Assembly: GCA_036844705.1 (NCBI GenBank) | Contig: DAIUFH010000001.1 | Span: 24,456-88,455, forward strand | DNA: 64,000 nt | Origin: Tissierella sp. | GTDB lineage: Bacteria; Bacillota; Clostridia; Tissierellales; Tissierellaceae | Direction: 5' to 3' | In this document: positions 47,997 to 60,595 of the stretch, piece after piece | Numbering within the stretch: position 1 is the first letter of the stretch | Layout of the letters: each line of letters begins with the position of its first letter | Position numbers and translations under genes: made by a program | Notes under the pieces: model-generated | Database searches by the model: none | What the model was told of the DNA's origin: nothing | The model's input: the letters and a program-made list of their open reading frames with translations, nothing else

Positions 47997-48023
47997 AATG
48001 CACACTGGGTGTGCATTTTATTT
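47996..48023 (+). terminator. Hairpin/terminator between lepA and hemW
   Basis: AAAATGCACAC-TGG-GTGTGCATTTT. Confidence 0.6.
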
Positions 48024-48033
48024 AGGAGGTAAA

Positions 48034-49170
48034 ATGAAATCTTTTAGTTTATATATTCATATACCGTTTTGTGAGAAAAAATGTCATTATTGTGATTTCA
48101 TATCATTTCCTAGAAAAGATGAAAATATACAAATCTATATAGACAATTTAATTAAGGAAATAAGTTTGTATAAATTAAGGATGTCCGATTTCTATTTGGA
48201 AACAATTTTTATAGGCGGAGGTACACCTTCCTGTATAGATGCAGACTATATAGCTAATGTTTTAAATGAAGTATACACTTGCTTTAACATAAAAAAGTTA
48301 AATGAAATAACGATTGAAGCAAATCCAGGAACATTGGACAATGAGAAGATAAAAATCTATAAGGAAATTGGAATCAATAGAGTTAGTTTGGGATTACAAA
48401 CTCTGGATAATAGATTGCTTCAATCTATAGGAAGAATTCATAGTGCAGAGGACTTCTACAAATCATTTAAACTTTTAAGAAGTAATGGGTTTAACAATAT
48501 AAATGTTGATTTAATGTTTGGATTGCCCGGTCAATCAATGGAGGATTTAATAAGTACTATCAATAAAGTTGTTAGTATGAATGTAGAGCATATTTCTCTT
48601 TATAGCCTGATAATTGAAGAAGGAACGTCTATTTACAGATGGTACAAGAAAGGTATTTTGCAATTACCGGATGAAGATGTAGAAAGATTAATGTATCATA
48701 AGGCTATAGATATTTTTGATAGTAATGGCTATGAACAATATGAAATCTCTAACTTTTCAAAACCCGGCTACAACTGTATGCACAATATCACATACTGGAG
48801 AGTTAAACCTTATTTAGGAATCGGACTTAATAGTCATTCAAATTTATTTGGAAAGAGATTTTGGAATTTCTCTGATATAAATACATATAATGAAAAGCTT
48901 GGGGAAGATGAATTTCCTGTTGAAGATGAAGAAATTATTGATAAAGATATGGAAATTGCTGAATATTGTATACTTGGTCTCAGATTGAACGAGGGTATTA
49001 TTAAGAAAGAATTTGTAAAAAGATTTGGGTTTGACATTGAAAAAAAATATAGGGATATAATATTATTGCATAAACAAAATAAATTGATTAGCGATGATGA
49101 AGCTGCGATTAAACTAACTGCAAAGGGTAGGGATTTATCAAATATCGTGGAAGTAGATTTTATGCCTTAA
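48034..49170 (+). CDS. hemW: Radical SAM heme chaperone HemW (HemN-like, oxygen-independent coproporphyrinogen oxidase family)
   Basis: 'LYIHIPFCEKKCHYCDF', 'GGGTPS'. Conserved lepA-hemW-hrcA synteny. Confidence 0.9.
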   Translation: MKSFSLYIHIPFCEKKCHYCDFISFPRKDENIQIYIDNLIKEISLYKLRMSDFYLETIFIGGGTPSCIDADYIANVLNEVYTCFNIKKLNEITIEANPGTLDNEKIKIYKEIGINRVSLGLQTLDNRLLQSIGRIHSAEDFYKSFKLLRSNGFNNINVDLMFGLPGQSMEDLISTINKVVSMNVEHISLYSLIIEEGTSIYRWYKKGILQLPDEDVERLMYHKAIDIFDSNGYEQYEISNFSKPGYNCMHNITYWRVKPYLGIGLNSHSNLFGKRFWNFSDINTYNEKLGEDEFPVEDEEIIDKDMEIAEYCILGLRLNEGIIKKEFVKRFGFDIEKKYRDIILLHKQNKLISDDEAAIKLTAKGRDLSNIVEVDFMP

Positions 49171-49184
49171 ATTGTTTTAAGGTA

Positions 49185-49213
49185 TTGACAAAGCTAATAA
49201 CTAGTGGTAATTT
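49185..49213 (+). promoter_or_regulatory. Sigma-A type promoter of the hrcA-grpE-dnaK-dnaJ operon
   Basis: TTGACA (49185-49190), 17-nt spacer, TGg-TAATTT extended -10 (49205-49213). Confidence 0.6.
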
Positions 49214-49225
49214 AATATTATGATG

Positions 49226-49252
49226 TTAGCACTCGACATCATGGAGTGCTAA
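49226..49252 (+). promoter_or_regulatory. CIRCE operator (HrcA binding site)
   Basis: Perfect TTAGCACTC-N9-GAGTGCTAA. Confidence 0.95.
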
Positions 49253-49283
49253 TAATACATCCAAGAACCAAGGGGTGATTAAA

Positions 49284-50324
49284 ATGTTGGATGAGAGAAA
49301 ATTAAAGGTGCTCTATGCTATTATTAATAGTTATATATTAACTGCTGAACCAATAGGATCTAGGACTATATCTAAACATTATGACCTTGGTGTAAGCTCA
49401 GCAACGATTCGAAATGAAATGTCGGATCTTGAAGAGCTTGGTTTGTTAAACAAACCCCATTCTTCTGCTGGTCGTGTTCCTTCAGATAAGGCATATAGAC
49501 TATATGTAGATAGTATTCTAAAATTTGATCAATTCATATTTGATTTACAAAAGAAGGAAAAGATTAAGAATATATTAATTAATGAATCTGATGAATTAGT
49601 TCATTTGTTACAAAATGCAGCTAAGGTTTTATCGGAGATAACAAACTATACAGCTCTTGCAATTTCTCCTCAGTTAAAATCAAGCAAGGTTAAGCATATT
49701 CAATTGGTACCTATTGATGAGAAACAAATATTGTTGATTATAGTTAATAATTCTGATATAGTTAAAAATTCGATATTTAAATTGGATAAACCAATTTCAG
49801 CTGATTTGCTCAACAGTCTTTCAAATATATTAAATAATAGTCTAAGAGGACTGACTTTTGAAGAGATGTTGCAAGTACTTGATACAGGAATAATCAAAGA
49901 GCTTTATGATTATAGATATATATTGCAAAGTCTGATACCTATATTAAGCAAGTCGATAGAAGATACTGACAACATAGACCTATATTACGAAGGAATTACT
50001 AGAATCCTCAATTATCCTGAGTATAAGGATATAGACAAAGCAAAATCCATTATATCTTTCATGGAAGATAAGGATATGGTATTGGATATGCTTCTTAACA
50101 ATTCTTTAAAACATGATATCGATATAATAATAGGTAACGAAAACAATTACTCTCAGTTACAGGATAGCAGTATAATTACAGCAACATATAAATTTAGGGG
50201 TAAGACCATAGGAAAAATTGGTGTTATAGGTCCAACCAGAATGGATTATTATAAACTAATAAACACGTTAAAGCTATTCTCTGTAAATATTTCAGAGATT
50301 ATTGAAAGCTTGGCGAAGAATTAA
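49284..50324 (+). CDS. hrcA: Heat-inducible transcription repressor HrcA
   Basis: 'LDERKLKVLYAIINSYILTAEPIGSRTISK...SSATIRNEMSDLEELG'. Confidence 0.95.
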   Translation: MLDERKLKVLYAIINSYILTAEPIGSRTISKHYDLGVSSATIRNEMSDLEELGLLNKPHSSAGRVPSDKAYRLYVDSILKFDQFIFDLQKKEKIKNILINESDELVHLLQNAAKVLSEITNYTALAISPQLKSSKVKHIQLVPIDEKQILLIIVNNSDIVKNSIFKLDKPISADLLNSLSNILNNSLRGLTFEEMLQVLDTGIIKELYDYRYILQSLIPILSKSIEDTDNIDLYYEGITRILNYPEYKDIDKAKSIISFMEDKDMVLDMLLNNSLKHDIDIIIGNENNYSQLQDSSIITATYKFRGKTIGKIGVIGPTRMDYYKLINTLKLFSVNISEIIESLAKN

Positions 50325-50338
50325 TATGAGGTGATTCA

Positions 50339-50899
50339 ATGAGTGATAACAAGAACAAGGCAGAATTTAACGAAAATGGTATGGAGAATATTGAAGAATT
50401 AAAAACTGAATCCGTAAATAATGAAGCGGCAGAAGAAGTAAAAGATGAACCGTTAAAGGAAATCATTAAAGCCAAGGAAGAGGAACTCAATGAATTGAAT
50501 AGTAGATTCATGCGTTTACAAGCTGATTTTATCAATCATAAAAGAAGGACTGAAAATGAGAAGGAAAATTCAATTTCTGACGGAATCGAATTTGTAATGC
50601 GAGATTTGTTACCTATAATTGATAATTTTCAAAGGGCTTTGGAAAGTGAAGTTGATAAAGAAGATGGCTTTTATAAGGGAATAAGCATGATTGAACAGCA
50701 GCTATTTGATTTATTGAAGAACTATTCTGTAATGGAAATTGATTGTTTAGGAAAGGCTTTTGACCCAAATTATCACGATGCTGTATTCATGGAAGAAAGT
50801 GATAAGTATGAGCCAGGAATGATTACTGAAGTATTGCAAAAGGGATATAAATTAAAAGAAAAAGTTATTAGACCAGCTATGGTCAAAGTTTCAAAATAA
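50339..50899 (+). CDS. grpE: Nucleotide exchange factor GrpE
   Basis: 'RLQADFINHKRRTE', 'FDPNYHDAV'. Confidence 0.95.
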   Translation: MSDNKNKAEFNENGMENIEELKTESVNNEAAEEVKDEPLKEIIKAKEEELNELNSRFMRLQADFINHKRRTENEKENSISDGIEFVMRDLLPIIDNFQRALESEVDKEDGFYKGISMIEQQLFDLLKNYSVMEIDCLGKAFDPNYHDAVFMEESDKYEPGMITEVLQKGYKLKEKVIRPAMVKVSK

Positions 50900-50904
50900 C
50901 ATAG

Positions 50905-52734
<1,830 letters not shown>

Positions 52735-52741
52735 ATAAAAA

Positions 52742-52771
52742 CATAAGCTAAATCTTAGGATTTAGCTTATG
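52742..52771 (+). other. Stem-loop between dnaK and dnaJ, no U-tract
   Basis: CATAAGCTAAATC-TTAG-GATTTAGCTTATG, a 13-bp perfect stem. Confidence 0.55.
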
Positions 52772-52805
52772 CTATGTTAGACATTATAAAGGTTGGTGAA
52801 ATTTT

Positions 52806-53924
52806 TTGAGGGATTATTATGAAATATTAGGGGTAGATAAGAATGCTTCCAGTGATGAAATCAAGAAAGCATATAGAAAGCTTGCAAAAAAGTATCACCC
52901 TGATTTAAATCCAAATAATAGCGAAGCAGAGCAGAAATTTAAGGAAGCAAATACAGCCTATGAGGTTTTAAGCGATGATGATAAAAGAGCAAGATATGAC
53001 AGGTTTGGCCCTGAAGGTGTAAATGAACAAGGTGGGGCACAAGGTTTTGGTGGATTTGGAGATATATTTGATGATATTTTTGATATCTTTGGTGGTGGCT
53101 TTAGCTCAGGTTATTCTCAAAAAAGAAAAACCGGCCCAGTTAGAGGTTCTGATTTGAAGTACAACTTAACTCTGGAATTTGAAGAAGCAGTATTTGGGGT
53201 AGAAAAGGAAATACAAATTAGAAGAACAGAGAGTTGTTCAACATGCAATGGAACAGGAGCGGAACCCGGTACGCACAAAGAAACCTGCTCTAAATGTCAT
53301 GGCACCGGACAGGTAAAATACGCTCAGCAGTCTCCATTTGGACAATTTGTACGAGTCGGAACTTGCGATGTGTGTGAAGGAACAGGAGAAATAATCAAGG
53401 AAAAATGTCATACATGTAAAGGTACAGGAAGACAAACAAAGGATAAGAAAATAAAGGTGAAGGTACCTGCAGGAGTTGACGAGGATTCTATAATTTCTGT
53501 AAAAGGCGAAGGCGAGGGAGGTTTACGTGGAGGCCCTTCAGGTGATTTATATATTTATATTAGTGTTAGAGAAGATGAAATATTTAAGAGAGATGGCAAT
53601 AATATCTTTATAAACATACCTATATCATATACAGAGGCAGCTCTGGGGTCAGAGATTGTAGTACCTACTTTAGAAGGAAAAGAAAAATTCAATATTCCTG
53701 AAGGCACTCAAACTGGAACTCAATTTAAATTTAAAAACAAAGGAGTTCCAAATGTAAGAGGAGTTGGCAGAGGTGATTTATACTTTACTGTGGATATCAA
53801 GGTGCCTACAAAATTGACTGAAAAGCAGAGGACTTTACTAATTGAACTTGGTAAGGAACAGGGAGAAGAATTTAGAGAGCAAAAGAAAGGCTTCTTTGAG
53901 AAAGTAAAGGATGTATTCAACTGA
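52806..53924 (+). CDS. dnaJ: Co-chaperone DnaJ
   Basis: TTG start. 'RDYYEILGV', 'HPD', G/F region, four CxxCxGxG zinc-finger repeats. Confidence 0.97.
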   Translation: MRDYYEILGVDKNASSDEIKKAYRKLAKKYHPDLNPNNSEAEQKFKEANTAYEVLSDDDKRARYDRFGPEGVNEQGGAQGFGGFGDIFDDIFDIFGGGFSSGYSQKRKTGPVRGSDLKYNLTLEFEEAVFGVEKEIQIRRTESCSTCNGTGAEPGTHKETCSKCHGTGQVKYAQQSPFGQFVRVGTCDVCEGTGEIIKEKCHTCKGTGRQTKDKKIKVKVPAGVDEDSIISVKGEGEGGLRGGPSGDLYIYISVREDEIFKRDGNNIFINIPISYTEAALGSEIVVPTLEGKEKFNIPEGTQTGTQFKFKNKGVPNVRGVGRGDLYFTVDIKVPTKLTEKQRTLLIELGKEQGEEFREQKKGFFEKVKDVFN

Positions 53925-53930
53925 CAAAAA

Positions 53931-53957
53931 CAATCACCTATGAGGGGTGATTGTTTT
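53931..53957 (+). terminator. Rho-independent terminator after dnaJ
   Basis: CAATCACC-TATGAGG-GGTGATTG followed by TTTT. Confidence 0.75.
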
Positions 53958-54020
53958 GTATATGGCATTTTTTTATAATATAAGATATAATTATCTAAGA
54001 TTAACAAAGGATGTGTTTTA

Positions 54021-54929
54021 ATGAAATGGTTAGAGGTACAAATCAAAACAACGCATGAAAATGAAGATATTGTATCAGAAATATTTTATAAATATGGTGC
54101 TACTGGACTTGCTATTGAGGATCCAAATGATATAAAGGAATTTTCAAGGACAGAAAAGGACTGGGATTTTATTGATCCAAGTTTGATTGATTTGGGATTT
54201 GATGGAATTATAATTAAAGCTTACTATTTCATGGACAATGGTATTTCTGATAATCTTATGCTTATAAAGAATGAATTAGATACATATGGAGAGTTGAGTA
54301 CATTGGAAGTAGATGAAGATGATTGGGCAGATAATTGGAAGAAATACTTTCCAGTAATAAAAATTGATGATAATATTATAATAAAGCCTTCTTGGGAAGC
54401 TTATGAAAAAAAAACTGGAGATATAATCATAGAATTAGACCCTGGCATGGCTTTTGGGACTGGTACTCATGAAACAACTATGATGTGCACAGAAGTTTTA
54501 AAAAGATATGTAAAAAGTGATTCGGTGGTTTATGATGTAGGCTGTGGAAGCGGGATACTTAGTATCGTTGCTGCTAAGCTTGGAGCAAAAGAAGTCATAG
54601 GAATTGATTTAGATGAAATGTGCGTGCAGATTTCAAATGAAAATATTAAAAAAAATAATGTGAGTGAAGTAGTTAAAATAAAACACGGCAACTTGCTTGA
54701 CGTTATTGATGGTAAGGCAAATATTATAGTAGCAAATATAATTGCAGAGGTTCTTGCAGAAATGATAGAATCAATTGATAAGTATTTGATAGAAGGTGGA
54801 ATATTTATAGGTTCCGGTATTATTGTTGAGAAAATATCCTTAGTTAAGAATGCCTTGCTAGAAAATGACTTTAATATTATAAGTATTAAGGAAGAAAATG
54901 GATGGGCTTGCATAGTAGCGAGCAAATAA
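54021..54929 (+). CDS. prmA: Ribosomal protein L11 methyltransferase
   Basis: 'MKWLEVQIKT', 'LDPGMAFGTGTHETT', 'DVGCGSGIL'. Confidence 0.95.
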   Translation: MKWLEVQIKTTHENEDIVSEIFYKYGATGLAIEDPNDIKEFSRTEKDWDFIDPSLIDLGFDGIIIKAYYFMDNGISDNLMLIKNELDTYGELSTLEVDEDDWADNWKKYFPVIKIDDNIIIKPSWEAYEKKTGDIIIELDPGMAFGTGTHETTMMCTEVLKRYVKSDSVVYDVGCGSGILSIVAAKLGAKEVIGIDLDEMCVQISNENIKKNNVSEVVKIKHGNLLDVIDGKANIIVANIIAEVLAEMIESIDKYLIEGGIFIGSGIIVEKISLVKNALLENDFNIISIKEENGWACIVASK

Positions 54930-54938
54930 GGTGAAAAT

Positions 54939-55682
54939 ATGCATAGGTTTTTTGTAAACGGAAATCAAATTTCAGAAGATAAGATAATAATAGTTGGTAC
55001 TGATGTAAAACATATAAGAAATGTACTAAGATTAAAGATTAATGATAAAATAGAGATATCATGTGATGGCAAGGAATATCTATGTGAAATTATCGAACTT
55101 AACAAGGACGATATAATTGTTGAAATAAAGAATATAAGACAAGGTGATAGTGAGTCAAAAATAGAAATAACATTGTTTCAAGGTTTATCCAAGGGAAACA
55201 AGATGGAACTAGTTTTTCAAAAATGCACTGAAATAGGTGTTAAAGAGTTTGTTCCCGTTGCAATGCATAGATCTGTTGTCAAGATTAAGGAGTTAAAAAA
55301 AGAGCAAAATAAGGTGGAAAGATGGAACGCAATAGTTGAGGAAGCAGCAAAGCAGTCCAAAAGAAATTATATACCCAAGGTTAAAAATATTATCAGTTTT
55401 GATGAAATGATAAATGTATTAAAAGAAGAGAAAAATATTATAGTTCCATATGAAGATGAGGAGCACCTAACCATCAAAGAAGGGATTTTGGACTTAAATT
55501 CTCAAAAAATTAATATTTTAATTGGACCTGAAGGTGGATTTGAACCTGAAGAAATAGAAAAACTTAAAAGTATTGGCGCAAAAATAACTACACTTGGATC
55601 GAGAATACTTAGAACTGAAACTGCAGCTATTGTAGCATCAGCTATTGTTTTGTACGAAGCAGGAAATATAGGAGTGATTTAA
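54939..55682 (+). CDS. rsmE: 16S rRNA (uracil1498-N3)-methyltransferase
   Basis: 'MHRFFV', 'HIRNVLRL', 'IGPEGGF...LGSRILRTETA'. Confidence 0.93.
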   Translation: MHRFFVNGNQISEDKIIIVGTDVKHIRNVLRLKINDKIEISCDGKEYLCEIIELNKDDIIVEIKNIRQGDSESKIEITLFQGLSKGNKMELVFQKCTEIGVKEFVPVAMHRSVVKIKELKKEQNKVERWNAIVEEAAKQSKRNYIPKVKNIISFDEMINVLKEEKNIIVPYEDEEHLTIKEGILDLNSQKINILIGPEGGFEPEEIEKLKSIGAKITTLGSRILRTETAAIVASAIVLYEAGNIGVI

Positions 55683-56983
55683 TGAAAACCGTAGCATTTC
55701 ATACACTAGGATGCAAAGTCAATCAATATGAAACGGAAGCTATGGAGGAATTATTTGAGAAAAAGGGCTATTCCATTGTAGATGGAGATGAATTAGCAGA
55801 TATATATGTTATAAATACTTGTACAGTTACCAATTTATCAGATAGAAAGTCAAGGCAATTTATAAGAAAGGCTAAGAAATTGAATGGAAACCCAATTATA
55901 GCAGTAGTAGGTTGTTATTCTCAAGTATCACCAGAAGAAGTTGAAAAAATTGATGGGGTAGATGTTATAATCGGTACTAGTGAAAGGAATAGAATAGTTG
56001 AACTATGTGAAGAAGCTAAAAGAAACAGTAAAAAAATAAATATAGTAAGAGATATAAAAAAATATAAAAAATTTGATAAAATAAATATAGATGAAATAAA
56101 ATCCAAGTCTAGGGCATATATAAAAATCCAGGATGGATGTAATCAATTTTGCAGCTACTGTATTATTCCTTATGCCAGAGGACCAATAAGAAGCAGGGCT
56201 TATGATGAGATTATCTCCGAAACGCAGAAATTGGCAGATGCAAATTTTAAAGAGATAGTACTGACTGGTATTCATGTTGCATCCTATGGAAAAGATTTAG
56301 ACAAACTTCCTTTAATACAAGTAATAAAGGGTATAGGAAATATAAGGGGAATTGAAAGAATTAGATTGAGCTCTTTAGAGCCTACTTTGATTGATGATGA
56401 TTTTATGAAAGAATTAGTTGATATAGGCAAGGTATGTGACCACTTTCATTTGTCCCTTCAAAGCGGTAGCAATTCAGTATTGAAGAGAATGAATAGGAAA
56501 TATACTAAAGAGCTTTATCGGGAAAAGGTAGATATCATTAGAAAATATATGCCTGATGCCGGTTTAACAACTGATATAATCGTAGGTTTTCCAGGTGAGA
56601 CAGAAGAGGAATTTAACGAAACTTACAATTTTGTTAAAGATATTCTTTTTTCAAGGATTCATGTTTTTAAATATAGTCCTAGGAAGGGTACACCTGCGGC
56701 CAAATATGAAAACCAGATTGATGGGAATATAAAGGGCAATAGAAGTGATATGTTAATAAATCTTGGCAATGAATTGACTAGAAAATTCAACGAAAAATTT
56801 ATAAATAAAAATCTTGATGTTTTATTTGAAGAAGTAAATAATGATATTGAGAATTCATATGAAGGATATACAAATAACTATATAAGAACTAGAGTAATTT
56901 CGGATAATCCTATCATTGGAGAAATAAAAAATGTTAAAATAGTGAACTCTGCTGGAGAACTACTTATTGGTAGTATAGAATAA
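55682..56983 (+). CDS. mtaB: tRNA (ms2t6A) methylthiotransferase MtaB
   Basis: 'FHTLGCKVNQYE', radical SAM 'GCNQFCSYCIIP', TRAM domain. Conserved rsmE-mtaB synteny. Confidence 0.9.
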   Translation: MKTVAFHTLGCKVNQYETEAMEELFEKKGYSIVDGDELADIYVINTCTVTNLSDRKSRQFIRKAKKLNGNPIIAVVGCYSQVSPEEVEKIDGVDVIIGTSERNRIVELCEEAKRNSKKINIVRDIKKYKKFDKINIDEIKSKSRAYIKIQDGCNQFCSYCIIPYARGPIRSRAYDEIISETQKLADANFKEIVLTGIHVASYGKDLDKLPLIQVIKGIGNIRGIERIRLSSLEPTLIDDDFMKELVDIGKVCDHFHLSLQSGSNSVLKRMNRKYTKELYREKVDIIRKYMPDAGLTTDIIVGFPGETEEEFNETYNFVKDILFSRIHVFKYSPRKGTPAAKYENQIDGNIKGNRSDMLINLGNELTRKFNEKFINKNLDVLFEEVNNDIENSYEGYTNNYIRTRVISDNPIIGEIKNVKIVNSAGELLIGSIE

Positions 56984-57008
56984 TTTATATTATTGGGGAG
57001 GTGAAATT

Positions 57009-57347
57009 ATGGACTGTCTGTTTTGTAAGATAATAAACAAAGAAATTCCAAGTACATTTATATATGAAGATGATAAGGTAATAGCTTTTAAGGATATTGA
57101 CCCTCAGGCTCCGGTTCATTTTTTAATAGTTCCAAAAGAGCATATTGAATCTAATGATGATATTACAGAAAGTAATTCAGATATTGTAGGACATGTCTTT
57201 TTAGTAGCTAAAAGATTAGCTAAGGAACTAAATTTGAACAATGGATATAGAATAGTGAATAATTGTAAGGACGAGGGTGGACAATCAGTAAATCATATAC
57301 ATTTTCATGTATTAGGTGGAAGACAAATGATGTGGCCTCCGGGTTAA
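57009..57347 (+). CDS. HIT-family nucleotide hydrolase
   Basis: 'CLFCKII', histidine triad 'HIHFHVLGG'. Confidence 0.93.
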   Translation: MDCLFCKIINKEIPSTFIYEDDKVIAFKDIDPQAPVHFLIVPKEHIESNDDITESNSDIVGHVFLVAKRLAKELNLNNGYRIVNNCKDEGGQSVNHIHFHVLGGRQMMWPPG

Positions 57348-57453
57348 AAATCTATTGAATTAATTAAATAGATAATGTATAATTATCTAGTATGCAAACC
57401 TTAACCATAGTAATATGGATAAACTCTTGTAGTAGAGAGGGGAGGGAAGATCG

Positions 57454-57636
57454 ATGTCAGAAATTAAAGTAGGAGAAAACGAATCTCTTGATAATGCGCT
57501 GAAAAGATTTAAAAGACAATGTGCACGTGCTGGTGTTATGGGTGAAGTAAGAAAAAGAGAACACTATGAAAAGCCAAGTGTAAGACGTAAAAAGAAATCT
57601 GAAGAAGCAAGAAGAAAGAAACATTCCAAGTATTAA
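57454..57636 (+). CDS. rpsU: 30S ribosomal protein S21
   Basis: '[17 protein letters not shown]...[12 protein letters not shown]'. Confidence 0.96.
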   Translation: MSEIKVGENESLDNALKRFKRQCARAGVMGEVRKREHYEKPSVRRKKKSEEARRKKHSKY

Positions 57637-57651
57637 TAAGAAGGTGAACTT

Positions 57652-58095
57652 ATGTCCCTTAAAGATAAACTTATGGAAGATATGAAAACTTCCATGAAAA
57701 ACAAGGATACTATTAGAAAAAACGTAGTAACTATGGTTAGAGCAGCAGTGAAACAAATTGAAGTAGATCAAAGAAAAGATTTAACTGATGAAGAAATCTT
57801 GGACATTATTTCTAAACAAGTTAAAGAAAAAAGAATGGTAATTGAAGATTTTAAAAGAGGTTCCAGAGAAGATTTAGTAGAGCTTACACAAAAAGAGATT
57901 GAAATTCTTTTACAATATTTACCAGAACAGCTAAGTGAAGAAGAACTAGAACAAATAGTTCTTGATACTATGAAAGAAATCAACGCTTCCTCCTTAAAGG
58001 ATATTGGATTAATAATGAAAGCTGTTATGCCTAAAGTCAAAGGCAGAACTGATGGAAATATAGTAAATAAAATTGTTAGGAAAGTGTTAAATTAA
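57652..58095 (+). CDS. yqeY: GatB/YqeY domain protein
   Basis: 'LKDKLMEDMKTSMKNKD', 'YLPEQLSEEEL'. Conserved position after rpsU. Confidence 0.9.
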   Translation: MSLKDKLMEDMKTSMKNKDTIRKNVVTMVRAAVKQIEVDQRKDLTDEEILDIISKQVKEKRMVIEDFKRGSREDLVELTQKEIEILLQYLPEQLSEEELEQIVLDTMKEINASSLKDIGLIMKAVMPKVKGRTDGNIVNKIVRKVLN

Positions 58096-58120
58096 CCTGA
58101 GTTTAAAAACTCAGGTTTTT
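58094..58120 (+). terminator. Rho-independent terminator after yqeY
   Basis: AACCTGAG-TTTAAAAA-CTCAGGTT followed by a T-run. Confidence 0.85.
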
Positions 58121-58231
58121 TAATGACCTAACACAACGAACGATAGTGAGCTGATGTAGGTCAGATGTCGCGTAGTCTAAATCTTTGATTTAGCAAACGG
58201 AGCCGACTAATGACCTAACACAACGAACGAT
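58121..58231. repeat. Intergenic element: two perfect 24-nt direct repeats flanking a relatively GC-rich 63-nt structured spacer
   Basis: TAATGACCTAACACAACGAACGAT occurs at 58121-58144 and 58208-58231. The spacer contains TGTAGGTCA, complementary to the repeat's TGACCTA(A)CA, and a CTAAATC-TTT-GATTTAG hairpin. Confidence 0.7.
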
Positions 58232-58321
58232 CTCCATCAACAAACTAAATGTCAATAATTTATCTAAAATATTGGTTATAAGTATGAAATCATGGTATAT
58301 TATAAAAGAGGGGGTGTGAAT

Positions 58322-59602
58322 TTGAAGAAAAAAACATTATTTACATTCATTTTACTTTTTTTTCTTCTAACTAATATTGTTTTTGCCGAAGAACAAGGAA
58401 AGGTTTATGTAGTTCCTATTAAAGGAGAAATCAATAGAGCAACCAGAAGCTTTGTCAATGATGTAGTTGATGATTTAAATAAAGAAAATGTTGATGCAAT
58501 TATTTTTGAAATAGACACCTATGGTGGAGAAATTGATGAAGCGATAAAGATAAAGGATACTATTATTTCAACCAATATTCCAACAATTTCCTATGTTAAT
58601 AACAAAGCTGTGTCTGCTGGAGTCCTTATAGCAATTGCCAGTGAAAAAGTTGTTATGGCTAACAATTCAACGATTGGCTCAGCTGAAACTATTCCTAATA
58701 CTGAAAAAGTATTGTCTTTGTGGAGATCAGTTCTTCGTGATACTGCTCAACTAAGAGGTAGAAACAATCAGATTATTGAAGCTATGGCCGATAAGGATAT
58801 TGTAATTGATGGTATAAATCAAAGAGGAAAGCTTGTTAATTTGACTGCTAATGAAGCATTAGAGCACAATATAGCTGATTATATTTCCAATGATTATAAT
58901 GATATATTGGCAAATTTTAATATTGATACATCAGAGATAATTGAAGTAAAAGAAGGAATGCAGGTAAAGCTTGCAAAATACATTTCTAGTCCATATATAA
59001 GTTCTATATTACTTACATTGGGTTTTATAGGTTTGGTAGTTGAAGTATTGACTCCAGGCTTTGGATTAGGTGGTACTATAAGCATAATGGGATTTGGTTT
59101 GTATTTTGGTGGTAATATATTAGCTGGAAATTCTAATTGGACTTCCTTGGCTTTATTTGTAGTAGGTCTAATATTATTGGTCGCAGAAGGTATGATTCCT
59201 GGATTTGGATTATCCGGTATAGGAGGCATTGTATTCATTGTAGCTGGAACCATACTTGCAATGGATAATATGAGAACGGCACTAATATCTTTAAGTATAG
59301 CCATTATTATTACCACAGTTGTGACTATATATCTATTGAAATTAGGTTTTAAGAGTAAATTGTTCAACAACATTATTCTAAATAACAAATTGGATAAAGA
59401 AAAGGGATATTTAAGTGTAAATACTATGGATCATTTGTTGGATAAAGAAGGAATTACATTATCAGAACTTCGACCTGCGGGTTTTATAGAAATAGAAGGA
59501 GAAAAATATGATGCATTGTCAGATGGAGGATTTGTAGCTAAAAATACTCAGATAAAGGTCGTTAGAGTCGAAGGGTCAAAAATATTTGTTAGGAGGAGTT
59601 AA
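58322..59602 (+). CDS. nfeD: NfeD-family membrane-bound ClpP-class serine protease
   Basis: Signal peptide, ClpP-like domain 'IDTYGG', central TM bundle, C-terminal OB domain. TTG at 58322 behind AGAGGGGG; the track start at 58292 is less likely. Confidence 0.85.
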   Translation: MKKKTLFTFILLFFLLTNIVFAEEQGKVYVVPIKGEINRATRSFVNDVVDDLNKENVDAIIFEIDTYGGEIDEAIKIKDTIISTNIPTISYVNNKAVSAGVLIAIASEKVVMANNSTIGSAETIPNTEKVLSLWRSVLRDTAQLRGRNNQIIEAMADKDIVIDGINQRGKLVNLTANEALEHNIADYISNDYNDILANFNIDTSEIIEVKEGMQVKLAKYISSPYISSILLTLGFIGLVVEVLTPGFGLGGTISIMGFGLYFGGNILAGNSNWTSLALFVVGLILLVAEGMIPGFGLSGIGGIVFIVAGTILAMDNMRTALISLSIAIIITTVVTIYLLKLGFKSKLFNNIILNNKLDKEKGYLSVNTMDHLLDKEGITLSELRPAGFIEIEGEKYDALSDGGFVAKNTQIKVVRVEGSKIFVRRS

Positions 59603-59603
59603 A

Positions 59604-60584
59604 ATGGATTTATTTATTGTCATGGGAATAGCTATAGTTATCATAATTTTATTAATACTGTTTTTCACATTTGTCCCAGTGGGTCTTTGGATTACGGCAT
59701 TCTTTTCGGGTGTTAGAGTAGGAATAGCCACACTTATAGGTATGAGGCTTAGAAGAGTAGTTCCAAACAGAATTGTTAATCCGATGATAAAGGCAACTAA
59801 AGCAGGATTATCAATTAATATAGATGAGCTTGAAGCACACTATCTAGCTGGTGGTAATGTAAACACTTTAGTAGATGCTTTAATAGCGGCTCAAAGAGCC
59901 AATATACCTTTGGAATTTGAAAGGGCTGCTGCTATTGACTTAGCAGGAAGAAATGTTTTGGAAGCCGTTCAAGTAAGTGTAAATCCAAAGGTAATAGAAA
60001 CACCTCAGATTTCAGCAGTTGCTAAGGATGGTATAGAAGTGATTGTAAAAGCAAGAGTAACCGTTAGAGCAAATATTGAAAGACTAGTAGGTGGAGCTGG
60101 TGAAGAAACCATCATTGCCAGAGTTGGCGAGGGTATTGTAACAACTGTAGGTAGCTCAAAGTCCCATAAGGATGTTTTGGAAAATCCTGATAGTATATCT
60201 AGAACTGTACTGGATAAAGGATTGGATTCAGGTACAGCATTTGAAATATTATCAATCGATATTGCAGATGTAGATATTGGAAGAAATATAGGCGCTAAAC
60301 TTCAGATGGATCAAGCCGAAGCTGATAAGAAAGTTTCTCAGGCTAAAGCAGAGGAAAGAAGAGCAATGGCAGTTGCAAGAGAGCAGGAAATGATTGCTCA
60401 GGTTCAGGAAATGCGTGCTAAGGTTGTTGAATCTGAATCAGAGGTACCATTGGCATTGGCAGTTGCTTTAAAAGATGGGAAACTTGGTGTAATGGATTAT
60501 TACAATATGAAAAATGTATTAGCAGATACGGATATGAGATCTTCGATTTCTAAAATAACTGAGAAAGATAATCCAAATAAATAG
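59604..60584 (+). CDS. floA: Flotillin-like protein FloA (YqfA/UPF0365)
   Basis: '[19 protein letters not shown]...[11 protein letters not shown]'. Conserved nfeD-floA pair. Confidence 0.92.
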   Translation: MDLFIVMGIAIVIIILLILFFTFVPVGLWITAFFSGVRVGIATLIGMRLRRVVPNRIVNPMIKATKAGLSINIDELEAHYLAGGNVNTLVDALIAAQRANIPLEFERAAAIDLAGRNVLEAVQVSVNPKVIETPQISAVAKDGIEVIVKARVTVRANIERLVGGAGEETIIARVGEGIVTTVGSSKSHKDVLENPDSISRTVLDKGLDSGTAFEILSIDIADVDIGRNIGAKLQMDQAEADKKVSQAKAEERRAMAVAREQEMIAQVQEMRAKVVESESEVPLALAVALKDGKLGVMDYYNMKNVLADTDMRSSISKITEKDNPNK

Positions 60585-60595
60585 GATGTGATTAA

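Noticed and set aside
58121-58231. Mini CRISPR array
   Set aside because: There are only two 24-nt repeats with a single 63-nt spacer and no cas genes in the window. The repeat is also partly complementary to the spacer, unlike CRISPR arrays.
58894-59388. 164-aa minus-strand ORF inside nfeD
   Set aside because: It lies opposite the TM-bundle region of NfeD. It is a hydrophobic mirror-frame artefact.
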